Counted from the first letter of the stretch, positions 1-14,245 are shown. The stretch: DNA of 64,000 nt from Azolla caroliniana (GCA_043228905.1 JBHGNT010000001.1:18476001-18540000); one strand, 5' to 3'. Notes: generated from the sequence alone by a model not told the origin. Made by a program: numbers and translations.

Positions 1-2405
1 TCACTCTCGAAGGCTTGACATCACTTCCCTTGGAGTCAGACTCACGTCGATCCGACTCGTGCCTATCCGTGCCGTAATCCGAAAACTTCTTCTTCCCTTT
101 TTCCTTGCGCGTAAGCCATCTCCTCGACTTCCTACACGGGGAATGCACGACCGAGTCACCACTACCCGTCGGCTCTTCATCGGACTAGTCGAACCGACTC
201 AGTCGTCCATTCGGTCCACTTAACCGAAACGAAATCAGACTCTCTTTGCGGGTCCCGATTTTAGGCTCATCCGGAGGCATCTCGGCCTCGCTGACCGGAG
301 TCAGAGGCAAGTACCAGGATGCGAACTCGTCAAACAGAACGTCGCGGCTTACGCACGTCGATCCGACTCGTGCCTATCCGTGCCGTAATCCGAAAACTTC
401 TTCTTCCCTTTTTCCTTGCGCGTAAGCCATCTCCTCGACTTCCTACACGGGGAATGCACGACCGAGTCACCACTACCCGTCGGCTCTTCATCGGACTAGT
501 CGAACCGACTCAGTCGTCCATTCGGTCCACTTAACCGAAACGAAATCAGACTCTCTTTGCGGGTCCCGATTTTAGGCTCATCCGGAGGCATCTCGGCCTC
601 GCTGACCGGAGTCAGAGGCAAGTACCAGGATGCGAACTCGTCAAACAGAACGTCGCGGCTTACGCACGTCGATCCGACTCGTGCCTATCCGTGCCGTAAT
701 CCGAAAACTTCTTCTTCCCTTTTTCCTTGCGCGTAAGCCATCTCCTCGACTTCCTACACGGGGAATGCACGACCGAGTCACCACTACCCGTCGGCTCTTC
801 ATCGGACTAGTCGAACCGACTCAGTCGTCCATTCGGTCCACTTAACCGAAACGAAATCAGACTCTCTTTGCGGGTCCCGATTTTAGGCTCATCCGGAGGC
901 ATCTCGCCCTCGCTGACCGGAGTCAGAGACAAGTACCAGGATGCGAACTCGTCAAACAGAACGTCGCGGCTTACGCACGTCGATCCGACTCGTGCCTATC
1001 CGTGCCGTAATCCGAAAACTTCTTCTTCCCTTTTTCCTTGCGCGTAAGCCATCTCCTCGACTTCCTACACGGGGAATGCACGACCGAGTCACCACTACCC
1101 GTCGGCTCTTCATCGGACTAGTCGAACCGATTCAGTCGTCCATTCGGTCCACTTAACCGAAACGAAATCAGACTCTCTTTGCGGGTCCCGATTTTAGGCT
1201 CATCCGGAGGCATCTCGGCCTCGCTAACCGGAGTCAGAGACAAGTACTAGGATGCGAACTCGTCAAACAGAACGTCGTGGCATACGCGCGCTTGTTTGGT
1301 ACGAGGGTTATAACACTTATAACCCTTCTGCTCATCCGAATAGCCGACCAAGATACACTTCTCAGCTTTTGCGTCCAGCTTCCTCCGCTTCTTGTTTGGT
1401 ACATGCACATACGCAATGCTATCGAAAACCCTCAAGTGTCAGCTTCCTTCCGAAATATTGCTCATGCCCCGACACTTTGTCTCCGATCCGATTCTGGATG
1501 TATACCGTGGTTCGTACCGCCTCAGGCCAATAGAACTTGGGCAAGCTCTTTTCTTCCAGCATTGCCCGCACCACTTCCACAATCGATCGATTCTTCCTTT
1601 CGGCCACGCCATTTTGTTCTAGCGTATATCTGCAACTAAATTCGCGCTGAATTCCCATATGTTGCAGGTACCCGTAGAATTGACCAGAAAAGTACTCTTT
1701 TCCGCCATCCAACCGCAAGTGCTTGATCTTTCTTCATGTTTCCCTTTCAACAAAACTCTTGAGGTCCCGGAAACAGTAGAAGACTTCACTCTTCTTCTGA
1801 ATGAGGTAGATGCACGTGTGCCGCGTATAGTCATTGATGAAGGAGACGAAATATCGACTCCCGCCAAGACTAACATTCTGTGGCGGCCCCCATACATCGG
1901 AATGTATAAAGTCGAGCTTGTTCCGGCTCCGGTTATGCTCGTTAGGGAAAGGAAGTTGGTGTTGCTTCCCTAGCTGGCAGGCTTCACAAATTTCTGCCTT
2001 CCGACCACTAAATTTGCCAATCTGAAGACCACCTGTTTCGATTGCAGGTCCTAAAGCCATTGATAGTTGACATGGCCTATTCGCCTGTGCCATAAGTCGA
2101 TATCCGACTCGACTTTCTGTCCTTTCGTGAACATTGCGGTGCCACCATCATGAGAGTCGAGGATAAACATCCTCCCGTCTCTGCGCCCTTGCGCAATAAC
2201 TCAGCCTTCTTCTTCGATGAAGCACCCAAGATGCGTGAACCGGACTTGCATCCCTTAGTCGACAATCGACCTGACTGACACCAGATTCTTTGTGATTGTC
2301 GGGATGTGTAACACGTTCATGAGTTTCCCTTTCTGGCCGACATGACTGAGGGGAACTTCACCGACATTCGCTATCGGATGCGCAGTGTCGTCTCCAGTTG
2401 CAACT
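1..2405 (-). mobile_element. Ty1/copia pol fragment (protease, GAG-pre-integrase, integrase), degenerate, runs off the window
   Basis: Minus-strand peptides VLHIPTITKNLVSV, ICEACQLGKQHQLPF, IHSDVWGP, RLDGGKEY, QNGVAERKNRSIVE, KLDAKAEKCILVGY; frameshifts and stops present. Confidence 0.9.
43..1286. repeat. Tandem array, 4 x 311 bp, near-identical, inside the post-integrase region of a Copia fragment
   Basis: Unit starting CACGTCGATCCGACTCG recurs at 43, 354, 665 and 976; near-identical 71-aa ORFs at 319, 630 and 941. Confidence 0.95.
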
Positions 2406-3026
2406 TTGCGGCTTCTCTTCTTCCTCGTCCGATTGTTGTCTTTTTCTCTTTACAAGGTCCACGATCGTGTCATGGAACTCCTTCGTAATGCCAAGCAATT
2501 CCCTCAAGGACAAAGTCACGTGGCTATCAAGAACTCGTTCTTTGAGAATCTTATTTAGGTCTATTGTCTGCTCTATGTCTGACCTTAGCTTATAGGTAGG
2601 CATAGTCCTTATCCTCCGAGCGGGGTCTTCGACACTAACCTTCATGGGCTGAACCGTGTCTTCAACTCGTATGCTCGGCTCCCCTTTTCGGCTTGATTCT
2701 CGTTCCTCCATTTGTAAAGGTCGACTCGTCTCCGCATCATCTTTCTTTTTCGCGTTCCTTGTTTCATGTCTTTTTGATGGTCCTTGCTCTTCTATTCTTT
2801 TTCTCTTATCTTTGACGAACACCTCGTGGTTGTCGCACATCACCTCCGCGAGTATGGTGTTATTGTCCGCCGGATCCGACCACCCGGTTATGCTTTGCAC
2901 GCTTCGGTCCGCAAACTCTACCTCGTTCGATGTGACCTTCCCCATCTTCTCATACTCGAGAATGGAAGACCAAAACTTGGCTCCCACTTTCGCAGCTTCA
3001 TTTCTATATTTCCCGACTCTTATTCC
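2406..3026 (-). pseudogene. Gypsy H gag, 3' part (continues from 25308)
   Basis: ITGWSDP and RVLDSHVTLSLRELLGITKEFHDTIVDLVKRKR are homologous to gag of A/B/G; the frame resumes across the Copia TSD ATTCC. Confidence 0.85.
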
Positions 3027-3542
3027 TGACGGGAACCCAAGGCTCCTTATGCGCAACGCTCGGCCACAATCGAGCTTAGAATGATACACAGAAAACGGGA
3101 AATAAAACGCGACACAAAGAAGGAGAGAATACACAGGAGGTTTACGTGGAAAACCCCAAACTAGGGGAAAAACCACGGCAGCCCACAGGCTACAAACTGT
3201 CACTATGTAAAAAATGTACAACAGTGAGTTCACTGAGGCACCGACCTCGTGCTCACAGATCTTCGCCACAGGCGGCAGTTACAACAGAGGCAACGACCTC
3301 TTTCTCTCTCTCTCTCTCTCTCTGTACAGTTACGCACACTCTCTATTCTTGCACCAACAAGAATGACAACAACCCAACAACAGTAACAAAAGTTACTAAA
3401 AGTTTGCCCTAAGTCATATTTATACTAATATGACTTTTCGGCTATTTACAAATATAGCCTCGATGGACTATCAGAAAACAATGAGTTTGTTCATCGGCAC
3501 TGATCTTCTCCCTTCCCATCCGGAGGGACCTGTTTCCCAACA
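3027..3542 (-). repeat. Copia 3' LTR (516 bp)
   Basis: Matches 23256-23448 plus 24849-25302; the adjacent AACTCCCCCT (3543-3552) is a minus-strand PPT directly after the pol stop. Confidence 0.93.
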
Positions 3543-3552
3543 AACTCCCCCT

Positions 3553-6500
3553 TCACTCCGGCATGGGGTGTCTTACCAGCCCGATCTTCTTCCGGCATGC
3601 GTTCAGCTTCACGGATGTCAACACTTTGGTCAGCATATCTGACCCGTTCTCGGCCGTGTGGATCTTCGTCAGCACGAACTCCTGGTCATCTACTCTTTCC
3701 CGGATCCAGTGATATCTTCGCTGGATATGCCTCGTCCGAGAATGGTAGGCCGCATTCTTAGCAAGGTGGATGGCACTTTGACTGTCGCAATAGAGTCGGT
3801 ATTCCTCTTGCTGGATACCGAGCTCTCCGATGAAGTCCTTCATCCATAATATTTCCTTGCCAGCTTCCACAGCCGCCATGTACTCCTCCGCCTCTATGGT
3901 TGACAATGCAACCGTCTTCTGCAGCCTCGACTGCCACGAAACAGCTCCCCCTGCATATGTCATTACATACCCGGATGTAGACTGGCTGGTATCCACATCA
4001 GCCGACATGTCCGAATCGGTGAAACCGTCCAGTTGAGGTTTTCCGGAGCCGAATCGGAGACACATATTTGAAGTGCCCTTCAAATCCCAGAGTATCCATT
4101 TGACCGTGTTCCAGTGCTCCTTGCCGGGATTACTCATGAACCGGCTCACCACTCCGACTGCGTATCCTATATCCGGTCGGGTACACATCATTGCGTACAT
4201 CAAGCTCCCGATGGCAGAGGCATATGGAATCTTCATCATATCCTCCTTCTCTACTTTCGTCTTCGGGCTCTGCTTACCGGATAGCCTGCAGTTTGCCGGA
4301 AGTGTCGATCCGACCGGTTTCGCTTCTGACATGTTGAACCGGTGAAGCACCTTTGTCACGTACTTCTCCTGTGACAGTCATAATTGCTTATTTGACCGGT
4401 CCCGAATGATGTGCATCCCCAGCATCTGTCTTGCCGGACCCAAGTCTTTCATTGAGAAGGTCCGGTTGAGAGCCTTCTTCAGCATCCGTATTTTGACTTG
4501 GTCACGTCCGACGATCAACGTGTCATCCACGTACAAGAGGAGTATCAAGCAGTCGCCTCCTTCGAACTTCTTCACAAACACGCAGTGATCGGCCTATGTC
4601 TTGTGGTACCCTTGATCGGTCATGAAGGAATCGAACTTCCGGTACCATTGTCGGGGAGCCTGCTTTAGTCCGTACAGGCTCTTCTTCAGCCAGCATACCA
4701 GGTGCTCCTTCCCGTTCTCCACAAATCCTTCTGGTTGCTGCATGTAGATCTCCTCTTCGAGGTCGCTGTGAAGGAATGTCGTCTTCACGTCCAGCTGCTC
4801 TACCTCAAGGTCCATGCTTGCCGCTATACTCAGCACCGTCCGGATGGAGGTCATCTTTACTACCGGGGCAAATATCTCGTCGAAGTCCACGCCCTTCTTC
4901 TGTTGGAACCCCTTCACCACGATCCTGGCTTTGTATCTCGGGGGGTTTCCGGCATCTCCCGGTTTCAACTTGTACACCCACTTGTTTCGGAGTGCCCGCT
5001 TTCCTTTCGGCAACTCCACCAATTCGTACGTATGGTTCTCATGGAGGGAATCCATCTCGTCCTGCATGGCACTTAACCATTTTCGGCTGTGGGTGTCTTC
5101 CTTCACTTCTTCGAAGCTTTCCGGCTCCCCCTCATTGGTCAGCAGCACATGCTCTGCATCCGGAAATCTCCGGGGGGCCCTTCTCTCTCTGAGAGGATAT
5201 CTACGACTTCAGGCTTCGGTAACCGGCTCCTCCATTTTCTCTTCATCCGAATCCGATTCGGTATCCTCGCCGGTTGGGTCTGCTCATCGTAGAGTCGATC
5301 CTTACCGGTCGACTCGGAGTTCATTATCTTCTTCTCTGACTCCCAGTCGGCGAGCGTCTTGTCCTCAATGAAGATAATATCTCGACTCCAGAATACCTTC
5401 TTGTCGACCGGGTCCCACACTCGGTAGCCGAACTCATCGTCACCGTAACCGAGGAATATGCATGGCCGGGTCTTTGGATCTAACTTTCCTCTCCGGTCCT
5501 TAGCTACATGCACGTACGCGAGACACCCGAACACCTTCAGATGCCGGTAGGATACTTCCTTACCGGTCCACACTCTCTGTGGCGTGTCTCCGTCCAAGGG
5601 TACTGAGGGTGATCTATTAATCACATATGTCGCCGTCGACAGTGCCTCGGCCCAAAACTTCTTGGGTAGTTTTGCATGCGCTAGCATACTCCAGACCCTC
5701 TCCATTATGGTCCGGTTCATCCTCTCGGCCAGTCCGTTTAGTTCCGGCGTCTTCGGCACGGTAAATTCGAGCCGGATTCCCTTCGAGCGGCAGTACTCCT
5801 TGAACTGCCCCCGGTATTCTCCTCCGTTATCTACTCGAACCGCCTTCAGCTTCCGGCCGGTTTCTCTTTCCACTCTCGCGTGGAGCTCTTTGAAGACGGA
5901 TAGCACCTGATCCTTCGTCTTCAGTGGTGTGGCCCACAGCTTCCGGCTGTGGTCATCTATGAACGTCACGAAGTACTGCGCTCCGGCATGTGACTTCGTG
6001 TCTACTTGACACACATCCGTATGCACCAACTCAAGTGGTGCATTACGTCTCATCGGTGGCCTTGGTCGGAAGGAGGTCCGGTTTGTTTACCGGTCAGACA
6101 ATCAGTGCACTTCTCCAAGTGCACATTCTTCACTGGAATGAGGTTGTCGTTTGCAAGCCTCTTCATCCCCTTCTCGCTCATATGACACAGTCTCTTGTGC
6201 CACAGCTCACCGGCAGTGTCGGATGCCACATTCACTTCTTCCGGACATAACCGGGCATTCATCAGGTACAATGTGTTGACCTTCCGGGCCCGAGCCACAA
6301 TCAAGCTCCCTTTGCTGAACTTCATGACACCGTTCCGGATGCTACCCGTGTAGCCTTCATCATCTAGCCGACCGGCTGATATCAGGTTCAGAAGAACTTC
6401 CAGAACGTGTCAGACATCCTTCAGCAGCAACTTGCATCCGGTTGGTGTTGTCAGCCACACGTCTCCTATGCCGACAATTCGGCATGTACCTTCATTCCCC

Positions 6501-6686
6501 ATCCGGACACAACCGTGGTCACTGGCTGAGTAGGATGAGAAGCATTTCCGTTCCGGGGTAAGGTGGAACGACGCTCCGGAATCAACCACCCAGGTCATCT
6601 CGTCGCCGGCAAGGTTTATCTCACTCTCCTCGGTGATGAGCATCAACTCTTTTTCACTTGCCGCAATTGCCGTCGTTCCCTTCCGG
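3553..6686 (-). pseudogene. Copia pol (protease, integrase, RT, RNase H), disrupted
   Basis: WVVDSGASFH (PR), LWHKRLCHMS, VHTDVC and RVDNGGEY (INT), QLDVKTTFLHSDLEEEIYM and LLLYVDD (RT), FTDSD, EAEEY and SDMLTK (RH); split into several ORFs. Confidence 0.95.
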
Positions 6687-7343
6687 TGTCGAGGTATTCC
6701 TCGCGGATGCGTGGAATGGGGCGGGACCTCGGGGGTCCTGTACCGAAGAGCAAGAGAGAAAGGAAAAGAGACCCACTACGTGCGAGCGTAGATTCACAGG
6801 GACACGGCCCTTCGACACAAAGACGCGAGTGGGACAGTGACACAGAGAGACACGAATGTATGTATGTATTAACAAAGACAACAACAAGAACACGAAAGCA
6901 ACAAAAACATAAAGTCGGTTACAACCGAACAGGCCGGCGAACAGATGCCGATGCCTGTTCGTAAACGCACAGAAAGAAAAGAGTAGGTTGGAGGTGCTGC
7001 CGGAAGCACTCGGGCATTCCTCAGAGCAGCGCGAGCCTCCCGAAACCTGCACAGAAAGCAGCCACGGAGTTTGCGAGCCAGAGAGAGAGAGAAGTCTTCG
7101 CCCACAAACCGACAGCACTTCGTCCTCGACTCCCCGCGATCCTTTTCCCCTTCTCGTCTCCCTCCTTTTATAGGCAAGGAAGGAGCCGTTTCCTATTAAC
7201 TTCCTACCTACCGAATCTACCTACCTAGGATCTTCTATGTCCCTAATTCTCTCTTATGTACAACACAAGGCGTGCGTGCATGAAGAGCCGGTTCCTATGC
7301 TCCGGCGTACCGATTCCGCTCGTGGACGGTTTTCTTCATGACA
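6687..7343 (-). repeat. Element A 3' LTR
   Basis: About 97% identical by eye to 21333-21989. Confidence 0.95.
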
Positions 7344-7416
7344 TCCGCCCCCACCTAACCGCGCATCCACCGGCATGCGCCAAATTGAGTTGGGACGGAG
7401 AAAACCAGTCCAGCCT

Positions 7417-10400
7417 TTATTCCCCGCCCGTCGGTTTTTCTTCGGTTTCGGATCCTTCGTCGTCCCGGTCCAGGTTATCCGGATCCGGCTCGTCGTCGTG
7501 ACGCTTCTTGAACGCTTTGATCCGCTTCCCAGCTACCGGTATCGCCATTCTCGTGCCATCGAGTTCCGCCAGATGGTACGTCCCATTGTCGTTGGCGCTT
7601 TGTACCACGTAAGGCCCGAACCACCTTCTTGCGAACTTCCGTGTCGCTCGGTGCTGGTTGTCGAGGCTGCGGTCGTAGACTAGCACCCAGTCGCCTTCCT
7701 CGATCTTCTTTGGTCGGAGCTGGTGCGTTCGGTCGAACCGGGCTTTGTTCCTCATCCTTGCCACCCGAAGCTTTTCCACAGCCTGCTCTACGTCCTCCGG
7801 TCTTCGTTCGAGTTGTTGTATGCGCGCCACCAATAGTTCCTCCCGGCTCATCTCGTCTCTCCAGGCCATGGTTGCCCATGAGGAGATCGTACGTTCCATC
7901 GGCATGATCGGCTTCTGCCCAAACATGAGCTCTGCCGGCATGAATCCGGTCACCGAATTGTGCGTAGTTCGGTCCGCCCACAACACGTAAGGCAGCAGCC
8001 GCGGCCAGTTCCCGACTTGACCTCCGCATGCCCGAACTAACGCCTTGACGATCGGTCTGTGTCCGCGCTCCACCTTTCCATTCGCCTCCGGATTGTACGC
8101 ACTGGTAAGCGAGAGCTTGACTCCTAGCCGGTCGAACAGCTCCTCGGCCTCTTCGGCGTCCAACTCCCCGCGATCAGCCACGATCTTCCAGACGCACCCG
8201 TATCGGCATATCACGTCCTCAATCAGGAACCGACATACGGCCGCGGTCGTTTTGTTCTGAAGGGCCCGGCCTTCCACCTGGTTCGTCAGATCTTCCCGAG
8301 CCAGGACCAGATACTACATCTATCCTACTCCCATCGGCATCGTCACCAGGTCTACCATCCATTTGAAGTGGATGGTCGGAGGGTACGTAGGGTGAAGCTC
8401 GTCCTGATGTCGGACTACGGAGTGCATCTGACAGCTCTCGCAAGTTGTCACCAACCGATGCACGTCCCGGTACAGTCCCGGCCACCAGTACTTCCCCTTT
8501 ATCTTGTCGAACATGGCCCATGTTCCACGGTGTCCAGCCCAAGGGCTGTCGTGGTAGGCCATCAGCAGCTCCTCCTATTCTTTCTTCATCGCCACCACCT
8601 GGAGCGGGACGCCATTCCTCTTCTTTGGGTGCTTCCATAAGTATCCGTCCCGGAGAAAGAACCGGTATGCTTTCTTCCGGATCCGGTTGGTCTCGTCCCT
8701 TGTCCATGACGCATCCGGCGTCATGGTCCTTAAGAAACCACCGATCTGCAGCCACTCGCCGTCGTACTTGCTCTCGTCGAAGCCGTTAAGTGCCGGAGCG
8801 CTCGTCCCATCGGTCGCCACGTACGTTGCCTCGAAAAAGTCCACGCCGACTTCTTCGTCCTCCGAAACCATGCCGCCCTCGAAAGCAAGTCGGCCATGGC
8901 GTTGTCCTTTCCGGAAATGTGCCGTATTTCCGGATCCAGGGACTTGATGTACACTATCCACTTGAGCATCGCCAGGTCCGGTGTCGCGCATCCGGAAACC
9001 ATGCCGAGAATTGGTAGGCAATCCGTCTCGATAATCATTTCTGTCCCGATCAGGTAGTCTTTGTCGGCCTTTATCGCCGAAACGATACCCCAGAGTTCGC
9101 GTTTAACCTGGGCGTACCCTCGCTGTCGCTCACTGAGGACCTTCGCGCCGAATCGGATCGGGAACCGAATGTCGTCCTTGTCTTCTTGATTGACAACCCA
9201 TCCGATCCCGGTCGGACTCATATCCACCGTTATGTATACCGGGGTACCCTTCTCGTAGACAGCCTTCCGGAGCGCCGGTGCTACCGCAAGAGCTTCCTTC
9301 AGCTTTCGGACCGACTCCGTGTGCTCGTCTCGCCACTCGAATTTTTGCCCTTTCTTGTGCAACCCGTATAGCGGCTCCGCAACGTAGGCGTAATGCGGGA
9401 TCCATATGTGGTAGAATGCGCATGCCCCCAGGAACCTCCGAACTTCCGTAACCGAGCTACAGTCGGTCTTCATCGTGGAGATGGCTTCTACTTTTGCCAG
9501 AGACGGCTTCCGGCCATATGGTCCACATAGGTGTCCGACCACCAGGATTTCTGATTGCCCGAAGGCCGATTTCTCCCCGGAAAAGGTGAGCCTCGCATCC
9601 TCTAGCCTTTGTAGCACCTTCTCGCAGTCGTCGATGTGTGTTGCCACGAATCGCCGGCATCCGTCCGGCCCGAGTGTCTCGTCCTTCTCTTCCACCGGGC
9701 ACCCCTTGATCGGGATGTCGTCTAGAAATGGCATGGTGATGTCCGGGATGCAATCCCTCAGTACCTTGTTCATTGCATTCACGATGTGGGCCACCGAGTT
9801 GGTCCCTCCTTGTGGCAGGGTACACATTCGCACTAGGCCGAGGGGAGTTCGCATCGTCGTAATGTCTCTGCTCTGCACGGCTAGCTGGAACTGGTCGTAC
9901 CCCGAGTACAGATCACCGATTGAGTAAATCGACCTTCCGGCGAAGGCCTCCGCGAACTCGTCTATGGTCGGTCCGATTCCTGCATTCCGAATGGTCACTC
10001 TGTTGACCGGCTGCAGGTCCTGAATGAAGCGTAATGTTCCGTTTTTCTTTGGTATGGTAAACCATCGGTTCGAGTATGGCGCGCTCGACGGTTCGAGAAT
10101 ACCAATATCGACTTTCTGCCTCAGTAGCTCCATCAACTCCAGGATGTGAGCTCTCGGTACTAGAATCGGCTTGAGATTCCATGGCACATGCGGTACCGTG
10201 AATATCACCATCGGCTCCACGATCGTCGGGTCTACGCACCCGATCTCTTCCGGTGAGAATGCGAAGGCCTTTCCGTGCCTTCGGAGCATTCTCCGAAACC
10301 GGTCTTCCTCCGCCGGCAGTAGGAACCCGCCCCCACCGATCTTGAGCTCCCAGAGCGTCCCGTCGGTGAAGGTGTGTCCTATGCAGGCCGGATCTCGTAA

Positions 10401-10901
10401 ACTGGGGTCCGACGCAACCCCTCTGATACGGGACTCGCTGCCCTCCGGTAAGGGTGCTGGGACTGGCCTTACCTTCTGGTCCACAGTCTTGTACTTCGTG
10501 CCAACTCGGGCCATCCGATCCGACTCGAGCCCCTGACTGAAGTCCACGATGACTTCATACATCTCTTCGGAACATACTGGTATCGTCCGGTCTTCGTTAA
10601 GGTCTTCTCCGGCTACCTTCCTCAGCATCCCCAAGGTGTCGTCGAAGGAGACCGCCTCCACGGCCCCGCTGATTTCCTCGTCCGGGCCAAGAACTCTGCG
10701 CGCTCGAAGTTGCACTTCCGCCCTTGCCTTTTCTCGGCCAATGATGCCGACTATCATACACCCTCCGTTGTTGGAGAAGCAAAATTTCCTACCTATCGTA
10801 CAGGGTTCCTTCGGTTTCGGTTCTATCGTACAGTCGTGGGGTCTTTCCCGAGTGTCCGGGCTGTCTCGGCCCCACGCCTTGGCAGCCCTTTCTAAAAATC
10901 C
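7417..10901 (-). pseudogene. Element A pol (RT-RNase H-integrase), disrupted
   Basis: DLYSGYDQF, PQGGTNSVA, FLDD, YHDSPWAGH...CESCQ, ADRGELD, EANGKVER, RWFGPY; no chromodomain. Confidence 0.93.
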
Positions 10902-13900
10902 TCTCGGTTCTCGCCACCGAGGGAGTCACGGTTTCGCTCGTGGTTCGATCGCACCGTCAGAAATTGCACCGAATGGCGCTCGTCCTGGCTTTTGACCCTC
11001 GCGTAGGCCGAACCGTTGTCCAGCACCTTGGTCTCCATCCGCGCCGCCGTGATGTATGGTTCCCCTAATATGACCGGATGCGAGGACGTCTCCTATACGA
11101 AGAAGTGATGGTCAATCTCGACGTCGCCGATCTTGACTCGCACGTTCGGGCAGGCCCCGTGCAGTTCCTCGGTGGCGCGCGTCGCCACCCGTATCTTCCA
11201 CCCGTGCCTGGTGTTGATCGGCCACTTTCCCTTCTTGTAGAAGTCCATGGACATTAGGTTTATTTCCGAACCATGGTCCACCAACGCCACCACCGGTTCC
11301 TGAACATCTCCGATCTTTACCGGGGTCTTCGTGGTCGCTCGGGCCCAGTGTGGCCTCGAATAGTGGCTCTCCGCCCACTCATCTGCCAGCGCCGGGTCGT
11401 CGATGTGCGTCGTCCGCACCTCCACCGGTCTCTCCGGTTTCTGTCTTCGTCGACAGCCTCTTCCGTTTCACCAAGTCCACAATGGAGTTGTGGAACTCCT
11501 TCTTGGCGATCCCTAGCACCTCCCGTAATGATAGCTCCACTTTGCTGTCGAGGATCCGTTCTTCTAGGACCTTTTGTAGGTCCGTAGTCCTTTCTATTTC
11601 CGTCCCCAGTCGGTATCCGCCCTTCCTGGGGTTATCTTGCGAGCTGGACCCACCGGCATCGTTCCGTCGTTGCCCGAATCGGGTCTCGTACCGTTGTGAG
11701 GGCCCGATCACTCCGGCTTTCCCCACTCGTTTGTCTTCTACCATAGCCTCGTAGTTCCGGCAGGCGGCTTCAACGAAGCCCGTTTTCTCCTCGACCGGAT
11801 CGCTCCACCCAGTTATTTCCTGGACCCGTCTCTCAGCGCGGTCCGTTTCATCTTTCCTTAGCCATGCGCCGGCAAGACCTTCCAGCATTGCCGACCAGAA
11901 TCCGTCTTTGCCCTCCTTTCAGGCCTCGCTGCCCTCGACCCGAATGCCGGCCGATGCCGAGTAGTGGATGGCCTCCACGTGTCGGGCCGCTGCCTCTTCC
12001 ATCAGTCTCTTCATACGTCCTCGTCCGTCGTTTCGGTTTAGGGCCCTTCTGGTGTTGCCTGCGTGCACCCGGCCTTCCTACAGGTACACCACCCGGTTCC
12101 TCAACGCTTCTGCGAAATCGCCGCAGTCCTTCCGGATGTGGCCGACCTCGTCGCACCACATGCACCTGTTCCCTGCTGTCGGTTGTCAGTCACGAGCCGG
12201 TTCGCCGCCTTCCCTTCGAGTCTGGGTGATCTGGAGATCCTTTATCGCCTGCGTCAACTCCTCCAGCGCTGCTCCTCCGGACGAGCCACTGACCATGCCG
12301 GTCGAAGCCGGACCGGTTTCGAGCCATTCCCGGGTTTCTTCCCTTCGCCCTTGTGGTGCCGGTTCAAGCCTCCTTGCTGGAAACCGAAGACGGGCTGACA
12401 ACCGACTGGGCTGCGGTTAAGAGAGTCTGTGGCCGTTTTGACAAACGGCAAGAATGGGCTGACAACGGGGCGGCCGGTGTGGGCTCTGTCACAGCAAGGA
12501 GGCTTGAACCGGCACCGCAAGTGCGAAGGGAAGAAACCCGGGAATGGCTCGAAGCTGGCCCGGCTTCGACCGGCATGATCAGTGGCTCGTCCGGAGGAGC
12601 AGCGCTGGAGGAGTTGACGCGGGCGATAAAGGATCTCCAGATCGCCCAGACTCGAAGGGAAGGCGGCGAACCGGCTCATCACCGACGGCCGGTAGCAGGG
12701 AACAGGTGCATGTGGTGCGACGAGGTCGGCCACATCCGGAAGGACTGTGGCGATTTCGCAGAAGCATTAAGGAACCGAGTGGTATACCTGTGGGAAGGCC
12801 GGGTGCACGCCGGCGACACCAGAAGGGCCCTGAACCGAAACGACGGGCGAGGAGGAATGAAGAGACTGATGGAAGAGGCAGCGGCCCGACACGTGGAGGC
12901 CATCCACTACTCGGCGTCGGCCGGCATTCGGGTCGGGGGCAGCGAGGCCCGAAAGGAGGTCAAAGACGGATTTTGGTCGGCAATGCTGGAAGGTCTTGTC
13001 GGCGCACGACTAAGGAAAGATGAAACGGACCGCACTGAGAGACGGGTCGGGGAAATAACCGGGTGGAGCGATCCGGTANNNNNNNNNNNNNNNNNNNNNN
13101 NNNNNNNNNNNNNNNNNNNNNNNNNNNNNNNNNNNNNNNNNNNNNNNNNNNNNNNNNNNNNNNNNNNNNNNNNNNNNNACCAGAATCCGTCTTTGCCCTC
13201 CTTTCAGGCCTCGCTGCCCTCGACCCGAATGCCGGCCGATGCCGAGTAGTGGATGGCCTCCACGTGTCGGGCCGCTGCCTCTTCCATCAGTCTCTTCATA
13301 CGTCCTCGTCCGTCGTTTCGGTTTAGGGCCCTTCTGGTGTTGCCTGCGTGCACCCGGCCTTCCTACAGGTACACCACCCGGTTCCTCAACGCTTCTGCGA
13401 AATCGCCGCAGTCCTTCCGGATGTGGCCGACCTCGTCGCACCACATGCACCTGTTCCCTGCTGTCGGTTGTCAGTCACGAGCCGGTTCGCCGCCTTCCCT
13501 TCGAGTCTGGGTGATCTGGAGATCCTTTATCGCCTGCGTCAACTCCTCCAGCGCTGCTCCTCCGGACGAGCCACTGACCATGCCGGTCGAAGCCGGACCG
13601 GTTTCGAGCCATTCCCGGGTTTCTTCCCTTCGCCCTTGTGGTGCCGGTTCAAGCCTCCTTGCTGTGACAGAGCCCGCACCGGCCGCCCCGTTATCAGCCC
13701 ATTCTCGCCATTTGTTGAAACGGCCACAGACTCTCTTAACCGCAGCCCAGTCGGTCGTCAGCCCGTCTTCGGTTTCCAGCAAGGAGCCGACTTGATCCCG
13801 GTCCCGCTCGTCCATCGACTTGACGAACAGTAGGACCCAGCTCGTATCCAGAATGGTTCGGTCAAGCGCCGAAAGGTGCGCAAAGCGTTCTTCAAACTCC

Positions 13901-14245
13901 CGGAGGAGTGCCGTCGCGTTTCTTCCCTTGCCGGGGGACTCCACCCACTCCATGAAGTCCCGTTTCGAAAGCTGGAGTGCGTCGTCCAGCCCGTATTTTT
14001 CTAGGAGTCGACCTTCGAACTCCTCCCAGGTACGGCTCTCCGCCCGCACCTCGAGCACCTCCACATGGATGCTCGGCATCGCCACTCGAGGGAACCCGGC
14101 AAGACGCCTCTCTTCCGGAATGTCCCGCATCAGCATTTCTGGCCCGTAGGACACCAAATACTTCGTGGCATCCTTTCCGCTGAACCGGACGATCGTACCA
14201 ACGACCGCCTCAATGGCTCTGTCGAGGGCGCCGGAGCCCTCGCGT
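10892..14245 (-). pseudogene. Element A gag-protease, disrupted and scrambled around an assembly gap (5' end at 21231-21290)
   Basis: RFSGKDATKYL, zinc knuckle CMWCDEVGHIRKDC, protease LVDHGSEINLM. Confidence 0.88.
13079..13178. other. 100-N scaffold gap flanked by duplicated and chimeric sequence
   Basis: N run; 13179-13664 repeats 11894-12379; 12370-13078 copies 15443-16151. Confidence 0.95.

Noticed and set aside
319-1156. Three near-identical 71-aa ORFs as a small gene family or CRISPR-like array
   Set aside because: They are antisense by-products of the 311-bp repeat; there are no unique spacers and no cas genes.
2358-3269. 303-aa ORF as a real gene
   Set aside because: Chance read-through of Copia LTR, Gypsy H gag and a second Copia fragment.
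11894-13664. Apparent inversion and duplication of gag around the N gap
   Set aside because: 12370-13078 copies B (offset 3073) via the microhomology CTCCTTGCTG, and 13179-13664 repeats 11894-12379. Both abut a 100-N gap, so this is most likely an assembly chimera.
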